Positions 28,912 through 39,960 of a DNA stretch of 64,000 nucleotides are shown here, piece after piece. The DNA comes from an uncultured Clostridia bacterium (GTDB taxonomy: Bacteria > Bacillota > Clostridia > TANB77 > UBA1234): NCBI GenBank assembly GCA_934169745.1, contig CAKPOE010000001.1, forward strand, positions 200,856 through 264,855. The letters run 5' to 3'. A model generated the notes under the pieces. It saw only the letters and a list, made by a program, of their open reading frames with translations, was not told the origin of the DNA and searched no databases. The first letter of the stretch is position 1. Every line of letters begins with the position of its first letter. Position numbers and translations under genes: made by a program.

Positions 28912-30719
28912 CAGTAACAGACTTGGCTAAGTTTCTAGGTTTATCGACGTCTAATCCCTTAATAACAGTTACATGATAAGCAATTAATTGTAGTGGGATC
29001 ATGCTTATAAGTGGGGCAAATAACTCATTTACACTAGGGAGTTTTATTATTTCATCTGTGATGTCTAATGGAAAATCTTTTAGTGTCGTAAGTGCTAAGA
29101 CGTTCGCACCTCTTGCTTTTATTTCTTTTATATTGTTAATGGATTTGTCTAAAAGATTTCTTTGCGTGCAAATTGCAATTGATGGAGTTGTTTCCTCGAT
29201 TAAAGCTATTGTCCCATGTTTTAATTCACCGAATTGTATGGCTGATGAGTGAATGTAGGAAATTTCTTTTAGTTTCAAGCAGCCTTCTAATGCAATATAA
29301 TAATCCAATCCTCTTCCTAAGTAGAATACATCTTTTGAAGTGTATATCTTTGATGCGTATTTTATGTATTCGGCGTCATTTCCTAAAACTTCTTGCATTT
29401 TGTTTGGAAGTTCAATTATTTCATTTATAAGTTCGGACAATATTTTAATATCATAAGAGTTATGTATTTGTGCAAGATAGATTGCAAACAAATCAAGAAG
29501 TGTAACTTGTGCAATGTATGCTTTGGTTGAAGCAACTGCAATTTCTGTTCCTGCCTTTGTGTAAAGGACATTATCGCTTAACCTATCAATAGTACTATCT
29601 TTAACATTAACTATTGAAATATGCTTCCTTTTCATTTCCTTTATTAGTTCTAGACAGGCTATCGTATCTGCTGTTTCACCAGATTGACTTATAAATAATA
29701 CTAAATCATCTTTATCTATTAAAGTCTCTTTATATCTAAATTCAGATGCAACTTCAACATTTACTGGAATCTTTGCTAACGTTTCAATTACATATTTTCC
29801 GTTTAATCCAGCATGCATTGCAGTACCACAGGCGATAATGTGAATATGTTTGATGCCTTTTAATTCTTCCTCTCTTAAATTTAAATTAAAGTTTAATTTT
29901 CTACCTTTAACATACTGAGTCAAAGTTTTCTTAACAGCGATTGGATTTTCATTTATTTCTTTAAGCATAAAATGTGCATACCCATTCTTTTCACTATCTG
30001 AATCTATAAGTTCAATATTTTTTATTTTTCCAACAGTTTCTTCTAGGTTATTATTATAAAACTTTACTGTATCTTTAGTTATAACAGCAAACTCGCCATT
30101 TTCTAGTATGTTTACACCGTTCGTGTATTTTAGAATGGCAGAAAAATCAGATGCAATGAAATTTTCATTTTCACCTAAACCAATTATTAGGGGGCTGTTT
30201 TTCTTTGTTGCTACAAGTTCGTTTGGATTTCCGCTTGAACATAACAACTAAAGCAAAGCTTCCACTTAACATATCTGTGGCTTTTTTGACTGCTTTTAAA
30301 AGATTTCCATCATAAAACATTGATATTAGGTTTGGAATGATTTCAGTATCAGTTTCTGAATAAAATTTGTAACCTTTTTCTTTTAGTAGTTCTCTTAAAT
30401 TTATGTAATTTTCAATTATACCATTATGGACGACTACAATTTTTTTGCTATTATCTAAATGTGGGTGAGCGTTTTCTATTGTGACCTTTCCGTGAGTTGC
30501 CCATCTAGTATGACCAATTCCAATATTTGGATTTTCGGTACATATTATTTCTGACACCAAACTATCTATTCTATTAGTAGATTTAAAAAGATTTAAATTA
30601 TTGCCACTTAAAGTTGCAATTCCACACGAATCATAACCTCTGTATTCAAGTTTTTTTAATCCTGAAAGCAGAACGCTATTTGCATTCCTTTTTCCAACAT
30701 AACCAACAATGCCACACAT
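28904..30719 (-). pseudogene. glmS: glutamine--fructose-6-phosphate aminotransferase GlmS, interrupted by a frameshift at ~30235-30250
   Basis: The N-terminal glutaminase domain (MCGIVGYVGK...LSGSFALVVM) reads in one frame until 30171. The remainder (NPNELVATKKNSPLIIGLGENENFIASD... two SIS domains to ...SVTVE*) is in the +1 frame from ~30247. The two ORFs overlap by 77 nt. A 1-nt indel near aagcgg restores a ~605-aa GlmS. Confidence 0.8.
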
Positions 30720-30915
30720 AAAAGTGCCTCCTTTTCTTTAAAATGGCTGATACAGGTAATTAATATATAATACCTTTAAATATAATTAAGTGTTACAAAT
30801 TTAAGAGTGGATAATTCTACATTTTTTGTGTTATCAAGGATATTTATAGTTTTTCGCTTTATTTTGCCACTGAAATATGCTATAATATAATGGATTGTAA
30901 AGTTTTAATTAGGAG

Positions 30916-33900
30916 ATGGATATGGAAACGTTTGCTAAAGTATTACCTAAGATGAAGAAGTTTGAAGAGTATATTAATGATGTGAAAAAGTCAAATTTTC
31001 CAATTAGCTTGGCAGGTCTTACTGATAGTCAGAAGGCTCATTTCGTGTATGCTACAAAATTTTATACCAATAGACCAGTTCTTCTTGTTACATATAATGA
31101 TATAGAATTAAAGAAAATGAAAAATAATCTTTCTTTTTTTGATGATGAAGAAATTCTTACTTTTCCTAAAAAAGAGGTTATTTATTATGATATAGATACA
31201 ATGAATAAAGATGTCAGCATGGAAAGACTTAATGTGTATGCTAAATTATATAATTCGGATGAGAGATTAATTTTAACAACAGTAGAGGCATTAATGCAAA
31301 AAACAGTTCCCAAAACAGAGATGTTTTCAAAAGTCACTCATCTTGAGGTTGGAGCTAGTATTTCATTAGAGAAAGTGAAAGAAAATCTAATTGCATTGGG
31401 ATATGAAAGATGTGATATGGTTGAAGGAAAAGGTCAATTTGCAGTAAGGGGTGGAATAATTGATATATTTCCACTTACGGTTGAACATCCAGTAAGAGTT
31501 GAATTTTGGGGAGACGAAATAGATTCAATTCGTTTATTTGATGAAAACTCACAAAGGTCAATAGAACCAATAAAGCAAATAAGTATTTTTCCTGTTGAAG
31601 AATTCTTGATTGATAGTTCTAGATTGGAAGAGATAGGTGATAGGATTTTAAAGGATAATCCAGAAAGAGCAGAAGATGTAGAAGTAATAAAACATGGAAA
31701 TTATTTATCGAAATTAGATAGATTTTTCTCGTATTTTTATGACAAAACAGCTACGTTGTTTGACTATATTTCTTCAGACACAATAATATTTATAGATGAA
31801 CCTGCTAGAATAAAATCTAAGTGTCAAGCTATTGAATTTGAAAACAAGGAGATAATTGAACAATTTTTAGAGAAAAACAAATATGTTCCTGGATACATTG
31901 AAAAGATGTCTTCTTTTGTTCAGATAATAACTGAATTAGAAGAAAAGAATGTTATCTATCTTGAAAGAATGGATACAAATACGCATGCAAAGAGAAACGG
32001 ATACAGTTTTAACTGTAGGGAGGTGAACTTTTTTCGTGGTTCACTGGATATATTTGTTCAGGAAATACAAAAAGAGTATGAATCAAAAAAGAAAATTATA
32101 ATATTAGCTGGAAGTAATTCAAAGGCTAGAAGTATTGCAACTATGCTTTTGGATAATAATATAAATGCAGAATTTGTAGAAAAAGAAAAGGTTGATTTAG
32201 AAATAGAGAATGGACCAATTATTGTTACATCAGGGAATCTTTCAGAGGGCTTTGAGTATTTTGAACTTAACTTGATTGTTGCTGCAGGAGAAACAGATGT
32301 TATAAAAGAGAAAAAGCGTTCATATAAGCCAACTGCTTTCAATGAAGGGCAAAAAGTTGTTTTTGCAGATTTAAAACCTGGCGATTATGTGGTTCATTCA
32401 ACTCATGGTATTGGACAATATATTGGCATTCATACATTGGTTGTAGACGAAAAGAAAAAAGATTATATAAAAATAAAGTATAAAGATGATGATATTTTAT
32501 ATATACCAACCAATCAATTAGAAAGTATAAGAAAATATATCGGAAGCGGAGATGCAGCACCAAAACTAAATAGGCTTGGAAGCAAAGAGTTTGCTAAAAC
32601 AAAAGCTAAAGTAAAAGAATCTTTAAAAGATATAGCCAAAGGATTAATAGAATTATATGCAAATAGGCAAAAACAAGTTGGATATCAATTTTCTAAAGAT
32701 ACAGTATGGCAAACACAATTTGAGGAGAATTTTCCTTATCAAGAGACTGATGACCAATTGCGCTGTATCGAAGAAGTAAAGCAAGATATGGAAAGTACAA
32801 AACCTATGGATAGACTACTTTGTGGAGATGTTGGATATGGCAAAACAGAAGTGGCAATAAGAGCGGCATTTAAGGCTGTTATGGATGGAAAACAAGTTGC
32901 ATACTTGGTGCCAACTACTGTTTTAGCAGAACAACAATATAAAACTTTTGCAGAAAGAATGAAGAACTATCCAGTTAGAGTGGAGGTATTAAATAGATTT
33001 AAGACAAAGAAAGAGCAAGAAAAGATATTAGAAAAACTAAAAAATGGAGAAATTGATATTATTGTTGGAACACATAGAATAGTGCAAAAAGATATGAAGT
33101 TTAAAGACCTCGGATTACTGATAATAGATGAGGAACATAGATTTGGTGTTGAACATAAAGAGCTGATTAAGAAAATGAAAAGCAATGTTGATGTTCTTAC
33201 AATGACCGCAACACCAATACCTAGAACACTTCATATGTCGATTGTTGGAATAAGAGATATGAGCGTTATTTATGAGCCACCTCAAAATAGAAGGCCGGTT
33301 CAAACATACGTGTTGGAATATGATGAAGAAGTTATTAGAGAGGCAATATTGAAGGAATTAGAAAGAGAAGGACAGGTATTCTATTTGTTTAACAGAGTAG
33401 AAGGAATAGAGAGAAAGGCTAGTGAATTACAAAGATTAGTGCCCGAAGCAAGAGTTGCTTTTGCACATGGAAAAATGACTGGTAGGGAACTTGAAAATAT
33501 GATGAAAGATTTTGTTGATAAAAAGATTGATGTCTTGCTTTGTACAACAATTCTTGAATCTGGAATTGATATTCCTAACGCCAACACTATAATAATAGAA
33601 GATGCTGACAGACTTGGATTGGCACAATTATATCAGATAAGGGGACGTGTTGGTAGAAGTGACAGAGCAGCTTATGCATATATAACATATAGAAAAAACA
33701 AGTTGCTTGGTGAAGCTTCTGAAAAAAGATTAAAAGCAATAAAAGAATTTACAGAGTTTGGTTCTGGATTTAAAATAGCGTTAAGAGACTTGGAAATAAG
33801 AGGTGCTGGTAATATACTTGGACCAGAGCAACATGGACATATGGAAGCGGTAGGATATGAAATGTATTGCAAGCTTTTAGAGGAATCTGTTAAAGAAATA

Positions 33901-34368
33901 CAAGGCGAAGAGGTTAAAGAAGAATTTGAAACTCAAATTGACTTGCGAGTATCTGCGTACATACCAGATACATACATCTCTAATACAAGTCAAAAGATAG
34001 AAGTATATCAAGACATTGCAAACATTAGTGAAGAAGAACAAATTTCGGAAATTGTAGATGAGTTAATTGATAGATATGGCGAGATGCCAAATGAAGTTGT
34101 TAATCTTTTGGAGGTCGCTAGAATAAAGACGTATGCTAAAAAACTTTTTGTTACTGCGATAAAACAGAAGGGTGATAAAGTTGTTATAAATATGAAAAAT
34201 AGCGAATGTTTATCAGGGGAAACAGTGCAGTTGTTGCTTGATGAATATAAAAATAGACTATTTTTCTCTGCTGGAGCTTTACCATATATAACATTAAAGT
34301 TGCAAAGTGATAAAGAAAGTGATATATTAAAAGAAGTCTTGAAAATATTAAAAATCATGAAAGGATGA
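30916..34368 (+). CDS. mfd: transcription-repair coupling factor Mfd
   Basis: 1150 aa with UvrB-homology N-terminal domains, RecG-like superfamily-2 helicase (GDVGYGKTEVA, DEEHRFG) and TRG motif. Confidence 0.93.
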   Translation: MDMETFAKVLPKMKKFEEYINDVKKSNFPISLAGLTDSQKAHFVYATKFYTNRPVLLVTYNDIELKKMKNNLSFFDDEEILTFPKKEVIYYDIDTMNKDVSMERLNVYAKLYNSDERLILTTVEALMQKTVPKTEMFSKVTHLEVGASISLEKVKENLIALGYERCDMVEGKGQFAVRGGIIDIFPLTVEHPVRVEFWGDEIDSIRLFDENSQRSIEPIKQISIFPVEEFLIDSSRLEEIGDRILKDNPERAEDVEVIKHGNYLSKLDRFFSYFYDKTATLFDYISSDTIIFIDEPARIKSKCQAIEFENKEIIEQFLEKNKYVPGYIEKMSSFVQIITELEEKNVIYLERMDTNTHAKRNGYSFNCREVNFFRGSLDIFVQEIQKEYESKKKIIILAGSNSKARSIATMLLDNNINAEFVEKEKVDLEIENGPIIVTSGNLSEGFEYFELNLIVAAGETDVIKEKKRSYKPTAFNEGQKVVFADLKPGDYVVHSTHGIGQYIGIHTLVVDEKKKDYIKIKYKDDDILYIPTNQLESIRKYIGSGDAAPKLNRLGSKEFAKTKAKVKESLKDIAKGLIELYANRQKQVGYQFSKDTVWQTQFEENFPYQETDDQLRCIEEVKQDMESTKPMDRLLCGDVGYGKTEVAIRAAFKAVMDGKQVAYLVPTTVLAEQQYKTFAERMKNYPVRVEVLNRFKTKKEQEKILEKLKNGEIDIIVGTHRIVQKDMKFKDLGLLIIDEEHRFGVEHKELIKKMKSNVDVLTMTATPIPRTLHMSIVGIRDMSVIYEPPQNRRPVQTYVLEYDEEVIREAILKELEREGQVFYLFNRVEGIERKASELQRLVPEARVAFAHGKMTGRELENMMKDFVDKKIDVLLCTTILESGIDIPNANTIIIEDADRLGLAQLYQIRGRVGRSDRAAYAYITYRKNKLLGEASEKRLKAIKEFTEFGSGFKIALRDLEIRGAGNILGPEQHGHMEAVGYEMYCKLLEESVKEIQGEEVKEEFETQIDLRVSAYIPDTYISNTSQKIEVYQDIANISEEEQISEIVDELIDRYGEMPNEVVNLLEVARIKTYAKKLFVTAIKQKGDKVVINMKNSECLSGETVQLLLDEYKNRLFFSAGALPYITLKLQSDKESDILKEVLKILKIMKG

Positions 34369-34375
34369 AAAGAAA

Positions 34376-35377
34376 ATGGATAAAACAATGAAAATAGTAA
34401 TAACAGTTTTGGTAGTGGTGCTTCTTGTATTGATTGGAGCAGCATTTATTGCGGATTCGAAAGACAATTATATTATAAAAATAAATGATGTTGGTTACGC
34501 CAAAGAAGGATTTGAAGATTATTATAGAATAAGATATTTTGAGGAAGAGGAAGCAAATAAAGAAGCAAGCGATGAAGAGAAAAAAGACTTGGACCCAGAG
34601 CAAATAAAAGAAGATGCTTTTACAGAATATACAAATGCCTTACTTGTAAATCAAATAGCAGCTCAAAAAGGCTATAAACCATCTGCAAGTATCACTACAA
34701 CAATTGAAGCAAAATATGATGCGGAAGATTTTAATAGGGATAGACTTACAGAGTTAGGAATAACAAGAGAAAAATATATTGAAACTGAAAAAACTATTGA
34801 AATGGCCAATGATTTTTATAATAATTTAGACGAATATTATACAATTAGTGATGATACGTTTAATGAATATTTAGAGCAAGCTAAAGATGATATGAAGTCT
34901 TATGATTTCAGAATGATGCAATTTGCTTTTGAAAAAGATGAAGAAACTGGTGAAACAAATAAAGATGAAGTTATAGAAAAAGCAAAAGGAATACTAGAAA
35001 GAGTAAAAAACGGAGAAGACTTTGAAACATTAGCTAAAGAAAATGCAACAACCAGACTTACAATATCAGGTAGCGAATTAAAGCAATATAACGGAGAACT
35101 TGAAAGTGTTGATAAGCCATATTTATCTGGTTATTTAGGAAATGAAGATTTATATAATGCCCTATTGAAATTGAATGCGGGTGAGTATACAGATGTTATA
35201 TCAAACGACAGCAATGCTTCTTTCATAAGACTTGAAGCAGTGAATGATGGTGTAAAAGATGAGACAAAAGAGGCAATAAGAAAAGAATTAGGAAAATATG
35301 AAGGTCAACTTGAAATATACAATTCTACACCATCAGTAATTACAAATAAAAGATTATTAAAAGAAGTAACATTATAA
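34376..35377 (+). CDS. peptidyl-prolyl isomerase (PrsA/SurA-like parvulin foldase), membrane-anchored
   Basis: N-terminal TM, SurA_N-like region, parvulin motif GEDFETLAKENAT...GEYTDVIS. Confidence 0.7.
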   Translation: MDKTMKIVITVLVVVLLVLIGAAFIADSKDNYIIKINDVGYAKEGFEDYYRIRYFEEEEANKEASDEEKKDLDPEQIKEDAFTEYTNALLVNQIAAQKGYKPSASITTTIEAKYDAEDFNRDRLTELGITREKYIETEKTIEMANDFYNNLDEYYTISDDTFNEYLEQAKDDMKSYDFRMMQFAFEKDEETGETNKDEVIEKAKGILERVKNGEDFETLAKENATTRLTISGSELKQYNGELESVDKPYLSGYLGNEDLYNALLKLNAGEYTDVISNDSNASFIRLEAVNDGVKDETKEAIRKELGKYEGQLEIYNSTPSVITNKRLLKEVTL

Positions 35378-35441
35378 CTGAATTTTGGGTCGCTGTGTAA
35401 CAGTGACCCTATTCGTATTTATATAGTATAAGGAGAAGTTT

Positions 35442-36200
35442 ATGATAACAAGCAAAGATAACGAACTTATAAAACATATTAAATCTTTAAACCAAAAGAA
35501 ATATCGAGATGAGTATAATGAGTATTTTATAGAAGGAATTAAGTCTGTTACTGAAGCTATTCTTGAGGACACTTCTATTGAACAAATAGTAATATGCGAA
35601 GAATTACTTCAAAAGCAAGTTGATACAAAAAATTATCCTGTCGAATTTGTATCTAGTAAGGTATTTGAAAGCATTACAGATACAAAGTCTCCACAAGGGA
35701 TACTTGCTGTGTTGAAAAAAGGAAACATTGTTCCTGCTCAATCGAATGTGATTTTTGCATTAGATGATGTTCAAGATCCTGGTAACGTCGGAACTATAAT
35801 AAGAACTCTTGACTGTGCAGGAATAAAGAGCTTAATGGTGTCTAATGGTACAGCAGATGTTTATAATCCAAAAGTAGTACGAAGTACAATGGGAGCAATA
35901 TACAGAATACATATAGATGAGTGCGAAGATTTGCTAGAAAAGCTTAAGAAAATGCAAAGTGAGGGATATAGGATAATAGTAACCACTCTAGACACAGAAA
36001 ACTATTATGAGAAGTTAGACTTTAAAGAGAAATGTGTAATCGTAATAGGTAACGAATCTAAAGGAATAAAAAAAGAAATTCAAGAATTGGCTGATATTAA
36101 AGTGAAAATTCCGCTTTTAGGAAAAACAGAAAGTCTAAATGCAGGAGTTGCAGCCAGCATTATAGCCTATGAATACGTAAGAAAACTATTGTCTTTATAA
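35442..36200 (+). CDS. TrmH/SpoU-family RNA 2'-O-methyltransferase
   Basis: SPOUT motifs ALDDVQDPGNVGTIIRT, VIGNESKGI and SLNAGVAASI. Confidence 0.8.
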   Translation: MITSKDNELIKHIKSLNQKKYRDEYNEYFIEGIKSVTEAILEDTSIEQIVICEELLQKQVDTKNYPVEFVSSKVFESITDTKSPQGILAVLKKGNIVPAQSNVIFALDDVQDPGNVGTIIRTLDCAGIKSLMVSNGTADVYNPKVVRSTMGAIYRIHIDECEDLLEKLKKMQSEGYRIIVTTLDTENYYEKLDFKEKCVIVIGNESKGIKKEIQELADIKVKIPLLGKTESLNAGVAASIIAYEYVRKLLSL

Positions 36201-36252
36201 GCTAAAACATATATAATTTATGTATGTTAAATAGTACGAAGGAGAAATGTGT

Positions 36253-37008
36253 ATGAATAGGATTAGAGGATTAAAAAAGATAAAATCTGTTGAGGAATAT
36301 AATAGATTAAAAGATGAGTTGAAAGCAGAAGTAGACGAATATGTTGCTTTGAGCGTAGATAGCAATGCTATGAATGCAATAAAAAACGAATTTGAAAAAG
36401 TGATAGATTCCTTAGATAAAAATACTCCTGATGAAGAAAAAATATCTATATTAAAAAAGGCTAATATGTTGGAAGCTAAATATAACGGCTTAAAAGATGG
36501 AACATATTTGCCTGCATTAAAAAGAAATATTACTGCCAATCTTATTCGTATAGAGCAATATGAAGCTGAAATGGAGAAAGTAAGTCTTGGAAGTGTCATT
36601 GTTGGTCTTTTGAAGAATGATGAACAAGCGAAAAATTATATCCGAAGAAGATTTATGGTGTCTATTGCTAATAGAGATGGAGTTGCTCCAGCTGCCGTTG
36701 ATTTAACTCTTGAAGATCCTAGGAAGATAATGAAATATATTATAGAGAGTAAAAGATATAATTTTGTTGGAATAAAAGCTGATGATTTGGCTCTTATTCC
36801 AGTTGAGCAATCAGCAAATCCAAGGGCTGTTGAGACAAGTATGGAGTTGAGTGTTAGAACAGACGAATTTATAAAAGAAAATGGCAATCAGAAAACAAGT
36901 GTGAATAATGATAAAGTCGCTATCAAACATGAACATAAGATTAGCAGTGAAAGAAGTAATCACAATAGATCACATGACAAAGAAAATAACTCAAAGGAGA
37001 TAGAATGA
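36253..37008 (+). CDS. hypothetical protein, translationally coupled to lspA
   Basis: ~251 aa, no recognised motif. Its stop overlaps the lspA start (ATGA at 37005). Confidence 0.45.
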   Translation: MNRIRGLKKIKSVEEYNRLKDELKAEVDEYVALSVDSNAMNAIKNEFEKVIDSLDKNTPDEEKISILKKANMLEAKYNGLKDGTYLPALKRNITANLIRIEQYEAEMEKVSLGSVIVGLLKNDEQAKNYIRRRFMVSIANRDGVAPAAVDLTLEDPRKIMKYIIESKRYNFVGIKADDLALIPVEQSANPRAVETSMELSVRTDEFIKENGNQKTSVNNDKVAIKHEHKISSERSNHNRSHDKENNSKEIE

Positions 37009-37439
37009 TATTAACTATTGTATTAGTCATTATAGATCAATTATCAAAGATTTTGATTTCTAAAGGTGATGTACAAATAACTTTGATAAAAAACTTACTA
37101 AATATTACATATGTTGAAAATAGAGGAATGGTATTTGGTGTTGCTCAAGGAAGCGTATATATTGTGGGTGCTATTTCGTTTGTTGTCTGTGTTGCACTTA
37201 TTGCATATGTCGTTAAACTAAAAAGAGATGGACAGAAAGTAGAAAAATCAATATATATGATACTTGCTGGTGGAATTGGAAATATGATAGATAGACTTTT
37301 TAGGGGCTATGTGATAGATTTTATTGATACACCATTCATTGCAACATTTAATTTAGCAGATAGCTTTGTTGTTATAGGTGTAATACTTCTAGGTATAACT
37401 TATATATATCGCGAGATTAAAAACGGTGTAAAGCCATAA
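37005..37439 (+). CDS. lspA: lipoprotein signal peptidase II
   Basis: 144 aa, 4 TM, motifs VENRGMVFGV, GGIGNMIDR and FNLADS. Confidence 0.9.
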   Translation: MILTIVLVIIDQLSKILISKGDVQITLIKNLLNITYVENRGMVFGVAQGSVYIVGAISFVVCVALIAYVVKLKRDGQKVEKSIYMILAGGIGNMIDRLFRGYVIDFIDTPFIATFNLADSFVVIGVILLGITYIYREIKNGVKP

Positions 37440-37461
37440 TATTTGTTAAAGGAGTAGAAAT

Positions 37462-38373
37462 TTGAAAGAAGAGTTTGTTGTTGCTGCCGAAGATGTTGGC
37501 ATGCGTATAGATGCTTATGTTGCCACAAAATGTGAAAAGATATCAAGAAGTTTGGCACAGAATTTAATAAAAGAAGAAAAGATATTAGTAGATGGAAATG
37601 TTCCAAAGCTATCATTAAAATTGAAAGAAGGACAAAAAGTTGATATCAATTTAGAACGTGAAGTAGACGATACAATAAAACCAGAAGATATTCCTTTAGA
37701 TATAATTTATGAGGATGATGATATAATTGTTGTTAACAAACCTAAAAATATGGTGGTACACCCTGCTGCGGGAAACCGAACAGGAACATTGGTAAATGCT
37801 GTATTAGGAAAGCACGAACTTTCCAATTTGAATGGAGATATAAGGCCTGGAATTGTGCATAGACTGGATAAAGATACAACAGGAATTTTGGTTATTGCAA
37901 AAAACAATTATGCTCATCAAAAAATCGCGAAAGAAATTCAATATAGAAAGACAAAGAAAGAATATGTCGCATTAGTTAGTGGACTAATTAAAGAAAACAG
38001 TGGTGTGATAAATATGCCAATTGGTAGACATCCAACTGACAGAAAAAAGATGGCTGTAGTAAAAACAGGTAAAGATGCAATAACGGAATTTGAGGTTTTA
38101 AAGAGATATAAAGAAAATTATACGTTAGTAAAAATAAATTTAAAAACAGGAAGAACACATCAAATAAGAGTTCATTTCTCACACATAGGCTTTCCTATTG
38201 TTGGAGATACTGTGTATTCATCTGGTAAAAATCCATTTGGCGTTACAAGTCAAATGCTTCATGCACATAGATTGTGCTTTACTCATCCAACAAAAAATGA
38301 ATGGATGGAATTTGAGGCACCATTACCGAAGTATTTTGAAGATATACTAAAAAATTTGAATGAGATAAATTAA
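37462..38373 (+). CDS. rluD: RluA-family 23S rRNA pseudouridine synthase (RluD-like)
   Basis: S4 domain N-terminus, catalytic HRLDKDTTGILVIAKN; lspA-rluD synteny. Confidence 0.85.
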   Translation: MKEEFVVAAEDVGMRIDAYVATKCEKISRSLAQNLIKEEKILVDGNVPKLSLKLKEGQKVDINLEREVDDTIKPEDIPLDIIYEDDDIIVVNKPKNMVVHPAAGNRTGTLVNAVLGKHELSNLNGDIRPGIVHRLDKDTTGILVIAKNNYAHQKIAKEIQYRKTKKEYVALVSGLIKENSGVINMPIGRHPTDRKKMAVVKTGKDAITEFEVLKRYKENYTLVKINLKTGRTHQIRVHFSHIGFPIVGDTVYSSGKNPFGVTSQMLHAHRLCFTHPTKNEWMEFEAPLPKYFEDILKNLNEIN

Positions 38374-38394
38374 GATTTTACAAAGGAGAAAAAC

Positions 38395-39801
38395 ATGAAA
38401 ATTTTATATGCCGCCTCTGAGGTGGTTCCTTACGCTAAGTCTGGAGGACTTGCTGATGTTGCTGGGACCTTACCAAAAGAACTTTTAAAATTAGGACATG
38501 ATATTTCTGTGGTTATGCCAAAATACAGAGAAATAAAACAAGAACTTGAATATGTAACTGACTTTCCTATTCAAATGCATAACAAAATAGAAAATTGTAT
38601 TATCAAGAAGCATATACAAAAAGTAAATGATAAAGAATTAATTACATATTTTGTGGATAGTGCGTATTACTTTGATAGAGATGGAATGTATTGTCACAGT
38701 GATGAAGCTGAAAGATTTGCTTTTTTCGACAAGGCTGTATGTAAGCTCACAGAAATATTAAATCCTGAGATACTTCATTTAAACGATTGGCAATGTGGAC
38801 CGATTGCTCCACTTATAAAAGAAAAAATGAATAGAAAAGATATAAAAATTATATTTACAATTCATAATTTGGAGTATAATGGTAAGTTTAATAGAGGAAA
38901 TATATATCATTTCGGATTTACTGATGAAGAATTTACACCAAACAAGTTTGAATTCTATGGGGATTTCAGTTTTATGAAATGTGGAATAATGTACGCGGAT
39001 ATAGTTTCTACTGTAAGCAAAACGTATGCAGAAGAAATTCAAACAGAAAAATTTGGATTTGGTTATGATGGGCTTTTGAGAGAGAAATCTAGAGAAGGTA
39101 AGCTATTTGGAATTGTTAACGGTATAGATTATGAAGCGTATAACCCTGAGACAGATGTTGAACTTGTTAAAAATTATAATGTTAAAACAATAAAAAATAA
39201 AGCAACCAATAAAAAGGCACTTCAAAATGAGTTGGGGCTGCCAATGAAAAATGTGCCAATGTTTTCGGTTATTACGAGAGTGGTTCATCATAAGGGAATT
39301 GACATCTTAATAGAAAGTTTGAACCAAGTTTTGAAACAAGATGTACAATTGGTGATGCTAGGACTTGGCGAAGAGCATTATTTAAACAGGTTTGAATATT
39401 TAAAGGAAAAATATCCGGATAAAGTTTCTGTTAATGAAGAATTCAATCCAGAACTTGCAAAAAGAATATATGCATCAAGTGATATATTCTTAATGCCTTC
39501 GATTTTCGAACCATGTGGTTTATCACAATTGATTAGTTTTAGGTATGGAACAGTTCCAATAGCCAGAAGCACGGGTGGACTTAAAGATACAGTAATCGGA
39601 TACTTGGGAAATAAAGAAGAAGGAAATGGTTTTACCTTTTGGCGTGACAGACCAGAAGATTTTACTGAGGTTATTAAAAAGGCATTAGAAGTATATAATG
39701 ATAGTAAAGATGAATGGAATAAAATAAAAACGAATGCTATGAATGAGGATCATTCATGGAATAGACAAGCTAGAGAATACGAAGAATTATATAATAGGTA
39801 A
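38395..39801 (+). CDS. glgA: glycogen synthase (ADP-glucose type)
   Basis: MKILYAASEVVPYAKSGGLADVAGTLPKEL is the GlgA KxGGL N-terminus. GT-B fold, 468 aa. Terminator at 39801-39832. Confidence 0.9.
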   Translation: MKILYAASEVVPYAKSGGLADVAGTLPKELLKLGHDISVVMPKYREIKQELEYVTDFPIQMHNKIENCIIKKHIQKVNDKELITYFVDSAYYFDRDGMYCHSDEAERFAFFDKAVCKLTEILNPEILHLNDWQCGPIAPLIKEKMNRKDIKIIFTIHNLEYNGKFNRGNIYHFGFTDEEFTPNKFEFYGDFSFMKCGIMYADIVSTVSKTYAEEIQTEKFGFGYDGLLREKSREGKLFGIVNGIDYEAYNPETDVELVKNYNVKTIKNKATNKKALQNELGLPMKNVPMFSVITRVVHHKGIDILIESLNQVLKQDVQLVMLGLGEEHYLNRFEYLKEKYPDKVSVNEEFNPELAKRIYASSDIFLMPSIFEPCGLSQLISFRYGTVPIARSTGGLKDTVIGYLGNKEEGNGFTFWRDRPEDFTEVIKKALEVYNDSKDEWNKIKTNAMNEDHSWNRQAREYEELYNR

Positions 39802-39960
39802 GTTTGAGAAAAATATTATAATTCTTCTCAAACTTACGATCTATATTAACCATAAACCTAGCTAGAAGCTTATGGAAGATTAATATCTAAGATATAGTAT
39901 GTTCCTAGTTACTATTATGTGAAAATTTTAGAAAAAAATACAAATATGTTGGGGGAATTT

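Noticed and set aside
30720-30900. glmS ribozyme expected upstream of glmS
   Set aside because: The region is >80% A/T and lacks the conserved ribozyme core sequences, so it was not called.
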